This document shows positions 18,549 to 29,184 of a stretch of DNA of 64,000 nt, in pieces. Under the pieces are notes generated by a model, which saw only the letters and a list, made by a program, of their open reading frames with translations, was not told the origin of the DNA and searched no databases. The position numbers and the translations under genes are program-made. The stretch spans positions 4,224,001 to 4,288,000 of the forward strand of contig OZ242318.1 in the NCBI GenBank assembly GCA_965208105.1. Reading direction: 5' to 3'. Source of the DNA: Candidatus Latescibacterota bacterium (GTDB taxonomy: Bacteria; Latescibacterota; UBA2968; UBA8231). Numbering within the stretch: the first letter of the stretch is position 1; each line of letters starts with the position of its first letter.

Positions 18549-20552
18549 TCAGGACCTTCCCACAACCCTTCCGGCCTCCCGCCGGGCAAGCTCCAGCAGT
18601 TCCTCGCCCTCCACCAGATCGTCGACGGCGAACTCGGGCAGCCCCGCCTGCCTTGTGCCGAACAACTCGCCGGGCCCCCTCAATTCCAGATCCGTCCGGG
18701 CAATTTCGAAACCGTCGTGCGTCCGGCAAAGGGTGCGCAGCCGGTGGATCGCATCGGAGCCTTCCGCGCAATCTTTCCCGGTAATCAGAATGCAGTAGGA
18801 CTGCAGCGCACCCCTTCCGACCCGGCCTCGCAGCTGGTGCAACTGCGCCAGACCGAAGCGCTCGGCGGATTCGACGATCATCAGGGTGGCGTTGGGCACG
18901 TCTATCCCTACCTCGATTACGGTAGTACTGACCAACACCTGGACCTCTCCTTCCTTGAAGCCCTCCATCACGCCGCTCTTCTCGTCGGGCCTCATGCGGC
19001 CGTGCAGCAGTCCCACCTTGAATTCGCGCAGAAGACCGCTCTGCAGCTCGTCGCAGGCTTCGAGGGCAGACTTGAGATCGCGGTTTTCAGCCTCCTCCAC
19101 AACTGGATAGATCACGTAGGCCTGGCGGCCGCCGCGGATCTGGTCGGCAGCAAAAGCGAAGACCCGTTCGCGCCTGTCCACCCGGCGCAGGACCGTGCGC
19201 ACAGATTTGCGTCCGGGAGGAAGTTCGTCCACCACCGATACGTCCAGGTCGCCGTAGAGGGTCAGGGCAAGGGTGCGGGGAATCGGGGTGGCGGTCATGG
19301 TCAACACATCGGCCAGACGGCTCTTGCCCGAAAGCTCGGAGCGCTGCGCCACGCCAAAGCGATGCTGCTCGTCGACCACCACCAGGCCCAGGCGGGGGAA
19401 CTCGACCTCTTCCTGAATCAGTGCGTGGGTGCCGACGACGATGTCGGGGACACCGGTCCGCACGCCGTGCAGCAGCTCCCGGCGCAGGGCGGTCCCTTGC
19501 CTCCCGACCAACAGCACCACCTCGATCCCCAGGGGCTCCACCAGGGACCTGATATTCAAGAAGTGCTGCTCCGCCAGGATTTCCGTAGGGGCCATCAGTG
19601 CGGCCTGGCGGCCATTGTCCACGGCATTCAGCATCGCGCACAAGGCGACAATCGTCTTTCCCGTTCCCACATCTCCCTGCAGCAGCCGGCTCATCGGAAA
19701 GGGCTGGGCCATGTCCCGCAGAATTTCTTCGATTACCCGCTGCTGGGCATGAGTGAGGTCAAAGGGGAGGGATTTGACCAGGGCGGGCACCAGGCTTTCG
19801 CTCCTCTTGAAGACAATGCCCTCTCTCCCGGCGATGCGGTCGCGTCGCCGGCGCGCCAGCTTCAGTTGCTGGCGAAAGAACTCGTCGAATGCCAACCTCC
19901 TTCGCGACTGGATCACATCCTCCATGGACCGTGGGAAATGCACCCGGCGCAGGCTTTGCGCCAAGCCCGGGAGAGCAAGCCGCTCCCGGACATCCAACTC
20001 CAGCTCATCGCGTATTTCGTCCCCGAAGGTTTCCAGGGCTTCGAACATCAGGCGGCGGAAGGTACGGCTGCGCAGCCCCCTGTCCTTCATGTCGGCGCTG
20101 GTGGTGTACAGGGGCACGATCACCCCGGTGTGCAGGAGGTTTTGCTCCCCAGATTCGGAAACGAACTCGTACTCCGGATGCACCATCTGGCGACTGCCCT
20201 GATATCTTTCCACCCTGCCGCTCAGTGCCAGGACATCGCCTTCCTTGAAGTTGTGCCGCATATACCTCGCGCCGTGAAACCAGACACAGGCCATCTCTTC
20301 GCTGTCGTCTGCCACAATCAGGGTGAACCTGGGCCTCGGCCCGGGCACAAAGCGCCCCTGCCTGACCCTGCCGAGAAGGGTCACCTCCCGGTGCAGAGGC
20401 AGCTGGTCGATCGGAAGGATTCGACTTCGGTCCAGGTATCGCCGCGGCAGGTGGTAGAATAGGTCGCCCACGGTGCGGATTCCCGCTCCTCTCAGAGCGT
20501 CGCCGCGCTTGCTGCTGATACCTTTAATCTGCTCTATGGGGATGTCGAGCAT
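18549..20552 (-). CDS. recG: ATP-dependent DNA helicase RecG
   Basis: LQGDVGTGKT, MAPTEILAEQH, DEQHRFGV, MTATPIPRTL, QLHQLRGRVGRG, DLELRGPG. Confidence 0.97.
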   Translation of the reverse strand: MLDIPIEQIKGISSKRGDALRGAGIRTVGDLFYHLPRRYLDRSRILPIDQLPLHREVTLLGRVRQGRFVPGPRPRFTLIVADDSEEMACVWFHGARYMRHNFKEGDVLALSGRVERYQGSRQMVHPEYEFVSESGEQNLLHTGVIVPLYTTSADMKDRGLRSRTFRRLMFEALETFGDEIRDELELDVRERLALPGLAQSLRRVHFPRSMEDVIQSRRRLAFDEFFRQQLKLARRRRDRIAGREGIVFKRSESLVPALVKSLPFDLTHAQQRVIEEILRDMAQPFPMSRLLQGDVGTGKTIVALCAMLNAVDNGRQAALMAPTEILAEQHFLNIRSLVEPLGIEVVLLVGRQGTALRRELLHGVRTGVPDIVVGTHALIQEEVEFPRLGLVVVDEQHRFGVAQRSELSGKSRLADVLTMTATPIPRTLALTLYGDLDVSVVDELPPGRKSVRTVLRRVDRRERVFAFAADQIRGGRQAYVIYPVVEEAENRDLKSALEACDELQSGLLREFKVGLLHGRMRPDEKSGVMEGFKEGEVQVLVSTTVIEVGIDVPNATLMIVESAERFGLAQLHQLRGRVGRGALQSYCILITGKDCAEGSDAIHRLRTLCRTHDGFEIARTDLELRGPGELFGTRQAGLPEFAVDDLVEGEELLELARREAGRVVGRS

Positions 20553-20726
20553 GGCAGGAAAGGAAATTTTTGGAAGATCGATCCAATGCGATGATTTGAT
20601 TGCGAGAGCCCGAAAGATCCACCGGCCGAGGACGACGGCTTGAAGGTTGGCCCCCCTATGGGATCGGTCCAGATCCTGGGCTGAATCAGCAGGGCGGACC
20701 GGGAACAGTCCACGAACCCGTCATTC

Positions 20727-20755
20727 TTGACATCCACCATTTCCAGGACTACCTT
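20727..20755 (+). promoter_or_regulatory. Putative sigma70 promoter
   Basis: TTGACA-N17-TACCTT about 50 nt upstream of ATG 20804. Confidence 0.5.
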
Positions 20756-20803
20756 CGGGCACCCTCAAAACTTCCTCCCCAAGACAGATTCACCAGGGAA
20801 TCC

Positions 20804-21280
20804 ATGGCTGCTCGTCCAAGCTTCTCGCAACACCTCCTGGGCCTTGCATCGCCGCATCGGCCGGCTTTCTTCTTCGCCTACGCAGGCATGTGGATACATC
20901 AACTCATCGGGGTCGGTCTGCTGGTATTCGTCGTCCATGTACCCATGCTCGAAGCCTTCGCCGCGCTTACCGTCGCCTCGTTCAGCATTGCCGTCCTGGT
21001 CTACGCCGTCCTGTCCCGCCAGCACAGCCTGCTGGTGAACGCGGTATCCTACGGCCTGAGCATGACCAGCGCCCTGTCACCCGGGACCTTGCACTTCGTC
21101 TTTCCGTTCCTCGCGGTCATAATCGCTCTGGTCTCGGGCTATTCCATGATGTCGCGGGAATACTGCCGCTATGCCGAAGAGGTCGGCGGGGGCCGGCAGG
21201 CGGGAATGCCGGTGTGGATAGGCATGCTCGTGGCGGTGGTCGTTATTTCTCTGTGCTTGCTCGGCCTGAGTATGTTGTAA
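20804..21280 (+). CDS. Hypothetical membrane protein (4-5 TM)
   Basis: Hydrophobic ORF downstream of a good promoter, filling the gap between recG and mraY. Confidence 0.65.
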   Translation: MAARPSFSQHLLGLASPHRPAFFFAYAGMWIHQLIGVGLLVFVVHVPMLEAFAALTVASFSIAVLVYAVLSRQHSLLVNAVSYGLSMTSALSPGTLHFVFPFLAVIIALVSGYSMMSREYCRYAEEVGGGRQAGMPVWIGMLVAVVVISLCLLGLSML

Positions 21281-21311
21281 GGCAGGGCTTGTGCCGCCGA
21301 AGCCCTGTCGG

Positions 21312-22418
21312 TCAGCGGATTTTGAGTGTGGCCAGGCTGCACAGAGCCAGAATTCCCGCGATAATCCAGAAACGAATGACGATTTTGGTGTCGGCCAGGC
21401 CTCTAGCCTGAAAATGGTGATGGATAGGGGCCCTCTCGAAATAGCGCCGTCCCAGCCACTTAATCCCCATCTTCCCCTGAACCAGGACGGAAAGCGCCTC
21501 GCCTACGAAGATCCCCCCCACTATCAGGAAAAGGAATTCCTGCTTGACGAGCACGGCCGCGGTGCTGAGCAATCCTCCCAGGGCCATGGAACCGGTGTCT
21601 CCCATGATGACGTTTGCGGGGTAGGAATTGAACCAGAGGAAACCGAGGCAGGCTCCGAACACGATCGAGCAAACTATCGCCACCTCGCCGACCCCCGGCA
21701 TGAAAGGATAGATGAGAAATTCCGAAATTCCCGCGTGGCTGGACACATAGGCGAAGATTCCGAATACAGCCACCGCGAAGGATACGGGAACAACGGCGAG
21801 CCCATCGATGCCGTCCGCTATGTTGACGGAATTGGAGATGGCCACGACAGTGAAGATGATGAAGGGGATGTATCCCCAGGAAAGGTCCACAACGGGATTT
21901 TTGAAGAATGGTATGCAGAGCTGAGTGGCCAGCCCGGGTGGAAGGGGCGAGAGTTCTTCCACCACGTAAACCAGGCCCAGAAAGCCGGCGAAGGTACCCT
22001 GAAGGGCCAGTTTGGCGGCTTCGGACAATCCCCGGTCGCTGCTGCCGTGCCGCACCTTCAGGTGGTCGTCTATCCAGCCCAATGCCGCAAACCAGAGGAC
22101 CGCGCCAAGGCAGAGCAATACGAAGACGCTGTGCAGTTTGCACCAGAGCAGGACGCTCAGGAGCACGGCGGCCACGATCAATCCGCCGCCATGAGTCTTG
22201 ACCTGGTTGGCGCCGGAGGAAAAATCGGCGTACTGGCGAGGTGTGTCCCGCTGTCCGGCGCGGTAGAAGTGGAGAATTATGCGGCCGCCGAAGAGTATGG
22301 TGAAAAGCAACGCGGTTATGGCCCCGACGATGGCCCGGAAGCTGATCGAGTTGAGCAACCGCAGAAACGACAGCGCGTCCACAGTTTCGTACAAATATGC
22401 GCCTAGATAGTAGAACAT
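21312..22418 (-). CDS. mraY: Phospho-N-acetylmuramoyl-pentapeptide transferase (divergent MraY)
   Basis: DDHLK, NSVNIADGIDGLA, FLWFN..PA..IMGDTGSMALGG, APIHHHF, C-terminal LKIR. Confidence 0.92.
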   Translation of the reverse strand: MFYYLGAYLYETVDALSFLRLLNSISFRAIVGAITALLFTILFGGRIILHFYRAGQRDTPRQYADFSSGANQVKTHGGGLIVAAVLLSVLLWCKLHSVFVLLCLGAVLWFAALGWIDDHLKVRHGSSDRGLSEAAKLALQGTFAGFLGLVYVVEELSPLPPGLATQLCIPFFKNPVVDLSWGYIPFIIFTVVAISNSVNIADGIDGLAVVPVSFAVAVFGIFAYVSSHAGISEFLIYPFMPGVGEVAIVCSIVFGACLGFLWFNSYPANVIMGDTGSMALGGLLSTAAVLVKQEFLFLIVGGIFVGEALSVLVQGKMGIKWLGRRYFERAPIHHHFQARGLADTKIVIRFWIIAGILALCSLATLKIR

Positions 22419-22428
22419 TCCCGCATAC

Positions 22429-24462
22429 CTAGCGTTCGAGGGCTTTGCGCCTCCCGGATTTGTCCGCGGCGGCTCTGTCGATGAATTCGACCAGCTCGCG
22501 CAGGTTTTCCGCCAGCGGAAATCCAGGCTCGAAGTAAGGTGAACTGACCAGGATCTGGTCGGCCGCCGCCATGACTTCATCCGGGGTCAGGACCCCGCGT
22601 TGGACCAGAAGTTTGAGGGCGGTGGTTACTTCCTGGCGGAATTGCCAGTTGCCGTGCAGATAGAATCTCTCGAGGTGGCCCAGGATGCCGGGCCTCGTTC
22701 CGATGCGCCCCAGAGCGCGGATGGCCTGGATGACAACCCCGGGCGAGCGATCTCCCAGGGCCTTCAGCAGGGCCGCTTCGATGGGCTCACCGGTGTCGAA
22801 GAGTTGCCCCAGGGCCTTGGCGGCGGCAGCGCGTACTTCGAAGTAGGGATCGTTCTTGAGGGACTCCAGCAATGCCTCCTCGACTTCATCGTCGCCGGCT
22901 CCCAACATCCCGACGCCGAACTCGATGGCATTGCGCCGTAGAATTCCTCCATGGATGAAATCTCCTCCGAAGAGACGCTGGAGAACTCCCGCGCGTCTCC
23001 TGTCCCGCAGAATTTTCAAAAGCAGGGGCAGTCGTTTCTGGTATTTGAGGAGACCCGCCAGCTTTATCCCGACGTTGCGGCGTCCCAGGGGGATCTCGTA
23101 CCATCCATCGTCGACCAGCAGGCGGTCGGCCTGGTAGCACCAGTAGACCCACTCCTCCAGCTCCAGATTATCGATGCTGCCTGCTTCCTCGATGCGCTGC
23201 CGGACCCAGCCCAAAAGGGCATTCGGATCTCCGGGCAGCTCATTTGAAGGAAGGGGGAACTCCAGGCTGAGGGAGGAGGTCCGCCGGCCCTGGACCATCC
23301 TCTCGATTTCGCCCAGCATCAGTTGCAGGCTGTTCTTCAGGGGCACCGAGCTTGCGGCGGCGGCCATGGCGCGGCGCTTTTGTGGAGCGTCGAGAATCTC
23401 GAGAATTTCCCCGGCCAGGCGGCGGCCGTCCACCCCGCTGCGGACCCCGCCGTCTGACCAGAAGGCTTCCTGGTAAATTACCCGTGCAGCCCCGGAGCGC
23501 TCGAGTTCGCGGGCATTCAGCGCCTGGTGATCCTCCGAGGCCGTGGCCAGAGGCACGATAAGGGCGGGGAGTCCGCAGATGCAGATTTCGGTCAGCGTGC
23601 TTGCCCCGCCCCGGCAAACCACCAGGTCCGCAGCCGCATAGGCGTCCTGGATTTCCTCCATGTAGTCGAAGCGCCTGTACCACCCGGATATATCGCCCTT
23701 CAGACGCAGCTGCACAATGCGTCTCTCGGTGTCTCTGGGAGCATTGTAATCCGGACCGGCATAACGGCCCGTAATATGCAGGATCAGAAGGTCCGAACGA
23801 TCCTGTAGCAGTGGCAGGGCGTCGGTCACAGCCTCGTTGATCGCCCGGGCGCCCCCGGATCCGCCAAAGACCAGGACAACCTGCTTGTCCGCGGCGATTC
23901 CCAGTCGTTGCCGGGAAGCCCGGCGATCCAGGTTCAGCAGCTCGCGGCGCACCGGGTATCCGACCACCGCCACCCGCCTCATGTCGAACCAGCGGGCAGC
24001 CTGCTCGAAGGCCAGGCCGATGCGGTCCGCCAGCCGGCCCACCACCTGGTTCAGCATCCCGGGGAAGGCGTTGGGTTCGTAGATGAAGACCTTGGCCTTG
24101 GACAGTCCCAGTTTTCCCAGGAAGCCATGGGCGAACAGGGCCGGTGCGCTGGCATAGCCACCGGTTCCGATTATGACCTGGGGACGGAAGCGCAGCACCA
24201 GGAAAACGGCCTTCACCACCCCGAGGCCCAGGGCGAGGGCAAAGGCCAGCCAGGACCAGGGAGAAGAGGATCGAGGACAGGGACGGGAGTGGACAAATTG
24301 GATGGGATAGCCCCTACCAGGCACAACCCAGGACTCGAGTTTTTTCGCCAGTCCTATGTAGAGGAATTCGGCATCCGGCCGGTGACGTCTGATCTCGTCT
24401 GCAAGAGCCAGTGCCGGATAGACGTGGCCGCCGGTTCCTCCTCCGGTAAGCAGGTATTTCAT
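22429..24462 (-). CDS. murG: MurG-family GT28 glycosyltransferase fused to a C-terminal HEAT-repeat region
   Basis: TGGGTGGHVYP, GTGGYAS, EPNAFPG, GGSGGA, CRGGAST, HQALNA; ~290-aa tail with D.YFEVRAAAAKALG, D.SPGVVIQAIRALGRIG. Confidence 0.88.
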   Translation of the reverse strand: MKYLLTGGGTGGHVYPALALADEIRRHRPDAEFLYIGLAKKLESWVVPGRGYPIQFVHSRPCPRSSSPWSWLAFALALGLGVVKAVFLVLRFRPQVIIGTGGYASAPALFAHGFLGKLGLSKAKVFIYEPNAFPGMLNQVVGRLADRIGLAFEQAARWFDMRRVAVVGYPVRRELLNLDRRASRQRLGIAADKQVVLVFGGSGGARAINEAVTDALPLLQDRSDLLILHITGRYAGPDYNAPRDTERRIVQLRLKGDISGWYRRFDYMEEIQDAYAAADLVVCRGGASTLTEICICGLPALIVPLATASEDHQALNARELERSGAARVIYQEAFWSDGGVRSGVDGRRLAGEILEILDAPQKRRAMAAAASSVPLKNSLQLMLGEIERMVQGRRTSSLSLEFPLPSNELPGDPNALLGWVRQRIEEAGSIDNLELEEWVYWCYQADRLLVDDGWYEIPLGRRNVGIKLAGLLKYQKRLPLLLKILRDRRRAGVLQRLFGGDFIHGGILRRNAIEFGVGMLGAGDDEVEEALLESLKNDPYFEVRAAAAKALGQLFDTGEPIEAALLKALGDRSPGVVIQAIRALGRIGTRPGILGHLERFYLHGNWQFRQEVTTALKLLVQRGVLTPDEVMAAADQILVSSPYFEPGFPLAENLRELVEFIDRAAADKSGRRKALER

Positions 24463-24742
24463 CGAGGTACTCGCAGCAGCAGAGGAGATTCAGGGCTGTG
24501 CGGAAAGGCGGAAATCAATGTCAGGGGAATTGGATACAACTCATAGATACCTAAAAATCGGATGGCTGTCAATACGACCGAAAGTCCGGCCTTATGCCGC
24601 GGGACCCTTATATGCTATCTTTGGAGGGAAGCGGTCGATTCCGCTCCGGGGATTTGCCGGATGGCAGGACCCCGGGGAATCGTTTCGCGTGACATGGGGC
24701 GCCAGGCCGGCGCCCCGGACTACTCGGCATGAGATAGTGAAA

Positions 24743-26059
24743 ATGACTTCCTCCTCTTCCTATGACAGGCGCGCGGTTTTTGCCTGGTCCATGTACGACT
24801 TCGCCAATTCCTCCTTTACGACCCTGGTAGTGACCTTCATCTATGCCACCTACTTCACCAAGGCGATCGCCCCCGACGAACTCACCGGCACTACCATGTG
24901 GTCGAGAGGAGTGGCCATCGCGGCATTGGCAGTAGCCCTGCTCTCGCCCATCATGGGGGCCCTGGCCGACCACGGCGGATACCGCAAACTCTTTCTGTTC
25001 ATTGCTACCGCCGTCGCGGTGACGGGCTCGGCTTTTCTCTTCTCGGTCCAGCCGGGGCAGGTGATGCTCGCCCTTGTCTGGTTCGTCGTCGCAGACATTG
25101 CCTTTGAAATGGGGATCGTCTTCTACAACGCCTACCTGCCGGACATAGCTCCAGCTGAGAAGATCGGCCGCATCTCGGGTTACGGCTGGTCACTGGGATA
25201 CGTCGGCGGCCTGTTGGCCATGGCAATTGCCATGGTGGGCTTCGTCAATCCCGACGATCCCTGGTTCGGTCTCAGCCGTGAGTCCGGTGAGAACGTCCGG
25301 GCTACCAACCTGCTGGTGGCCGGGTGGTTCGCCCTATTCAGCATCCCGATTTTCCTCTGGGTCAAGGAGAAGAGACGGCCCTATGCACCTGGGAAGAACC
25401 CGGTGTCCGCCTCTTTCAACCAGTTGAGGGAGACCCTTGGAACGGTCAGACACTACCGCGAGATCGTCAAATTCCTGGTCGCCAGGCTGTTCTACAACGA
25501 CGGCCTGGTCACCCTCTTTGCCTTCGGGGGCATCTACGCGGCCGGAACTTTCGGCTTTTCCTTCGAGGAAATCATGGTTCTCGGCGTCGTGCTGAATATC
25601 GCCGCGGGCCTCGGTGCCTTCGCCCTGGGTTTCCTCGACGATCTGCTCGGGGGAAAAAGGACCATCCAGATCAGTCTCGTAGGCCTGATTCTGGCAGGAG
25701 TTGCAGCCATACTTACCGATGACAGGGCCATTTTCTGGGCGGCTGCCATCGTGATGGGAATTTTCTCCGGGCCCAACCAGGCCGCCAGCCGGTCTCTCAT
25801 GGGGCGCTTCGTGCCCCGCGGCAAGGAAAACGAATTCTTCGGCCTTTTTGCCTTCTCGGGGAAGGCCACGGCTTTTCTGGGACCCCTTCTTCTTGGCGAA
25901 CTGACCCGGGTTTTCGCCTCCCAGAGAGTGGGTATCGCCACCATACTGTTGTTCTTCCTCGCCGGCCTGCTGATCCTCCTCTACGTGGACGAAGCGGCCG
26001 GAATGGCGGCGGCCGACAGAGGTGATCAGGGACGTGAGGGGGAGAAATCCGGCGGGTAA
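24743..26059 (+). CDS. MFS transporter (UMF1/ATG22-like)
   Basis: WSMYDFANS, FYNAYLP, GRISGYGW..GY.GG, FYNDG, QAASRS, EFFG. Confidence 0.9.
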   Translation: MTSSSSYDRRAVFAWSMYDFANSSFTTLVVTFIYATYFTKAIAPDELTGTTMWSRGVAIAALAVALLSPIMGALADHGGYRKLFLFIATAVAVTGSAFLFSVQPGQVMLALVWFVVADIAFEMGIVFYNAYLPDIAPAEKIGRISGYGWSLGYVGGLLAMAIAMVGFVNPDDPWFGLSRESGENVRATNLLVAGWFALFSIPIFLWVKEKRRPYAPGKNPVSASFNQLRETLGTVRHYREIVKFLVARLFYNDGLVTLFAFGGIYAAGTFGFSFEEIMVLGVVLNIAAGLGAFALGFLDDLLGGKRTIQISLVGLILAGVAAILTDDRAIFWAAAIVMGIFSGPNQAASRSLMGRFVPRGKENEFFGLFAFSGKATAFLGPLLLGELTRVFASQRVGIATILLFFLAGLLILLYVDEAAGMAAADRGDQGREGEKSGG

Positions 26060-26061
26060 TT

Positions 26062-27165
26062 TCAGGCATCCACCTCGCCAGGCCTCAGTCCCATGGGCAG
26101 CGGTGCCGGCCGGGAGCAGGTGCTCTCCAGGTCGATGTGTCTTCCCTGCTCGGAAGCTTCGTGGAAGGAGTGCATGAGATCCAGGACGTGGTAGGTCAAC
26201 TCGCCGGTGGCCCGGTGCTCACGGCCCGAGCGCAGGGCACTGGCCAGGTCGGCCACGCCGATACTCCGGCTGTTTTCGATGTATCCGTGGCTGAGTGGCA
26301 TCTCTTCCCAGGAGTCGGCGCGCTTGATGAGCACGGGTCCGCCGAAGCTGTTGGGATCGGGTACCCCCAGGGTACCTTCGGTACCGTAGACCTCGATGCG
26401 CGGCAACTGGCCTCCCCACACGTCGAAGCTGGTGATGATGGTGCCGATGGCTCCGGCGGCAAAGTCCATCAGGCCGGCGATGTGGGTGGGTATCTCCACC
26501 TGGATTTTCTCCCCGTACCTGGGCTCGCTGGTGATCGTTCGTTCTGCGAAGGTGCGGCGGGCGGCCCCGGTGACCCGGCGCACCGGGCCGAGGAGGGCCA
26601 GCAGGGCTGTCAGGTAGTATGGCCCCATGTCGAACATGGGGCCTCCGCCCGGCTGGTAGAAAAAGGCTGGATCGGGATGCCAGCGCTCGTGGCCTCGGCC
26701 CATCATGAAGGCCGTGGCCGCCACGGGTTCGCCGATCCATCCGTCGTCGATCACCTTGCGGCAGGTCTGCAGCCCTCCCCCCAGGAAGGTGTCCGGAGCC
26801 CCGCCGATGCGAACTCCCTTCCGACGGGCCAGCTCGATCATCTTTTGCCCCTCTTCGCGGGTGACGGCCAGAGGCTTTTCGTTGTACACGCTTTTGCCGG
26901 CCTCGAGGGCGGCGAGGCCGATGTCGGCGTGTGCTTTCGGAACGGTGAGATTGACCACCACCTCGATCTCCGGGTCCTCGAGCATTTCCTCAACCGTGCA
27001 GGCGCGGGCCACGCCGAACTCCCCGGCCTGCGCCCTTGCCCGCTCGGCCACCAGGTCGGCGCAGGCAACCACCTCGAGGATATCGAAGGTCCCGGCAATC
27101 CTGAAATAGGTGCTGCTGATGCTGCCGCAGCCGACGATGCCGATTTTAACAGGAGACCTGGTCAT
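26062..27165 (-). CDS. Gfo/Idh/MocA family oxidoreductase
   Basis: [34 protein letters not shown]. Confidence 0.92.
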   Translation of the reverse strand: MTRSPVKIGIVGCGSISSTYFRIAGTFDILEVVACADLVAERARAQAGEFGVARACTVEEMLEDPEIEVVVNLTVPKAHADIGLAALEAGKSVYNEKPLAVTREEGQKMIELARRKGVRIGGAPDTFLGGGLQTCRKVIDDGWIGEPVAATAFMMGRGHERWHPDPAFFYQPGGGPMFDMGPYYLTALLALLGPVRRVTGAARRTFAERTITSEPRYGEKIQVEIPTHIAGLMDFAAGAIGTIITSFDVWGGQLPRIEVYGTEGTLGVPDPNSFGGPVLIKRADSWEEMPLSHGYIENSRSIGVADLASALRSGREHRATGELTYHVLDLMHSFHEASEQGRHIDLESTCSRPAPLPMGLRPGEVDA

Positions 27166-27395
27166 TTTTCACCTGATCTTTCGCTAGGGGAGCCATTGAT
27201 GATTGCGAGATCCTCTCGCCTGTACAGGGAATACCCCACCGGGACTTGAAAGGAGGGTCCGGACGAGCCGCTCTTGCTGCCGCTTTTATCGGTCCTTCGT
27301 TTCCCCGCTGGCATTTTCACGTGGGCAAATATTCAAAACCTCGTCAACGATGCCAAGCCTTCCATAGGGCTGGGCACTACTCCAGGAGAGAAACC

Positions 27396-27857
27396 ATGGG
27401 CGTCCATTTCCACCACACGAGTTTCACCGTTTCCGACATCGCCGCGGCCGAGAAGTTCTTTGTCGACCTTTTCGGAATGAAGCGCATCGGAGGCGGGACC
27501 TATGATTTCGACTACATCCGCACGGTGACGGGGTACAACGACGCGGTATTGGAGATAGCCTTCCTCAGTTATCCCGAAAGCGGCGAGAACCTGGAGCTCA
27601 TCGAATACGTCAAGCCGAAAGGAGAGCCGGTTTCGACGGCGACCTGCCGGCCCGGAGCGGCTCACCTGAGTTTCAAGGTCGAGGATATCGAGGCGGACTA
27701 TCGGCGTTTGAAGGAGAAGGGGGTGCGATTCAAGGCTCCCCCCGTGGAAATAACCTTCGGGATGAACAAAGGGTCGAAGGCCGTCTATTTCAACGGCCCC
27801 GACGGCATCGCCCTCGAGCTGATCCAGCCGGCATCCGCCGGGACCGCTCCAGCCTAG
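27396..27857 (+). CDS. VOC/glyoxalase family protein
   Basis: HHTSFTVSD, LELIEY, HLSFKVEDI, YFNGPDGIALELIQ; AGGAG RBS. Confidence 0.88.
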   Translation: MGVHFHHTSFTVSDIAAAEKFFVDLFGMKRIGGGTYDFDYIRTVTGYNDAVLEIAFLSYPESGENLELIEYVKPKGEPVSTATCRPGAAHLSFKVEDIEADYRRLKEKGVRFKAPPVEITFGMNKGSKAVYFNGPDGIALELIQPASAGTAPA

Positions 27858-27860
27858 GCA

Positions 27861-29117
27861 CTAGCGGGCGTATAGGGCCTGGCGGCCCCTGCTGCGGATT
27901 TTTCCTTCCTTTACCCCTGCGACCACCTCGGCGAGGTCCTTGATGTAGCCATCTGCGCTGCCTTCATGCGACTTGTCGAAGAACAGATGGATCGCCGGGG
28001 GGTCCGCCAGGCGGGAGCCGAGCCACCCGCGTGCGGCCATCCCCTCGTCCACCGCGAATATGTCGAAGGACCCCGAGCCGAACGCGAGCAGGTAGGCATG
28101 GGGTTCGCCCCAGATCTCGAGCCCTTCGATCGCCCTGATCCCCTCGGCAAAGCAGTCGCGGACGGCGAGAATGGCGGCGACGATTTCGCGGTATCCTTCC
28201 TCCCCCAGGCAGTTCATTACCGCCCAGGCCGAGGCCAGCCCGCCACCCGAGCGCGAGCCCAGGAGATTCTGGGTGGAATAGAGGCCGGAGGGCCAGGCGT
28301 CGAAGGTGTAGCGCTGATACTCTTCCAGGCCTGCGTCGCGCAGGAGGAGCGAGGAAACCCCCTTGTTGGCGTAGCCCAGCTTGTGCACGTCCACCGAGAT
28401 TGAGGTGACGCCGGGGAGGGCGAAGTCGTATTCGGGAACGGAATAGCCGAGCTTGCGGGCGAAGGGGAAGACGAAGCCGCCGTTGCATGCGTCTACGTGC
28501 AGCCAGAGGCCGTTTTCGGCGGCCAGGGAGGCGATTTCGCCGACGGGATCGGTCACCCCGAAGGGATAGGAGGGCGCCGAGGCGGCCAGCAGGATGGTGT
28601 TGTGATTGACCGCTGCAGCCATGGCCTCCAGGTCGGCGCGAAAATCTACGTTCCTTTCCAGGCGCACCGTTTCGATTCCCATCAGGTGAGCCGCCTTGTC
28701 GAAGCCCGGGTGGGCAGCGTGAGGCACGATGATCTCGGGAGCCCCGGCTTGGGGCAGGTGGTCGCGCGCCCAGGCCAGTGCCGTCTTCACGCTCATGAAG
28801 ATGCTTTCGGTGCCTCCGCTGGTGATGCTGCCGCCGGCGCCCCCGGGCGCGCGATGCATCTCCAGCAGCGCCTCGACCAGGTCCTTCTCGTAGCGCACCA
28901 GGCTGGGAAACAGCTTGGTGGCGTAGAGGGCATTGTGGTTGATGTAGCTCTGGTAGGCCTCGTTGGCCACCGCCAGAATCTCCTCGCCGCCGAAGTAGCT
29001 CCCTCCGAGGAACATGCGCTCACCGTACCAGGGGCGATCGCCTTTGCGCGCTGCTTCCATCCGGACTCTGACCTCGGTCCAGGGACTTCCGTGGGCGGGC
29101 ATCTTGGGCTCGGTCAT
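27861..29117 (-). CDS. PLP-dependent group II decarboxylase fold, sphingosine-1-phosphate lyase-like
   Basis: TSGGTESI, SAPSYPFGVTDP, HVDACNGGF, DFALPGVTSISVDVHKLGY.NKG, GSRSGG. Confidence 0.85.
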   Translation of the reverse strand: MTEPKMPAHGSPWTEVRVRMEAARKGDRPWYGERMFLGGSYFGGEEILAVANEAYQSYINHNALYATKLFPSLVRYEKDLVEALLEMHRAPGGAGGSITSGGTESIFMSVKTALAWARDHLPQAGAPEIIVPHAAHPGFDKAAHLMGIETVRLERNVDFRADLEAMAAAVNHNTILLAASAPSYPFGVTDPVGEIASLAAENGLWLHVDACNGGFVFPFARKLGYSVPEYDFALPGVTSISVDVHKLGYANKGVSSLLLRDAGLEEYQRYTFDAWPSGLYSTQNLLGSRSGGGLASAWAVMNCLGEEGYREIVAAILAVRDCFAEGIRAIEGLEIWGEPHAYLLAFGSGSFDIFAVDEGMAARGWLGSRLADPPAIHLFFDKSHEGSADGYIKDLAEVVAGVKEGKIRSRGRQALYAR

Positions 29118-29148
29118 GCTCCATCTCCTACTGGTCGGGGTTCGATCT

Positions 29149-29184
29149 CAGCAGCCCGTTGAAAAAGTCCATCCGGGCTGCTAG
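29149..29184. repeat. Short inverted repeat resembling a collapsed IS/MITE terminus
   Basis: AGCAGCCCG-TTGAAAAAGTCCATC-CGGGCTGCT perfect 9-bp IR, ending in the CTAG stop of the MlrC gene. Confidence 0.5.
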
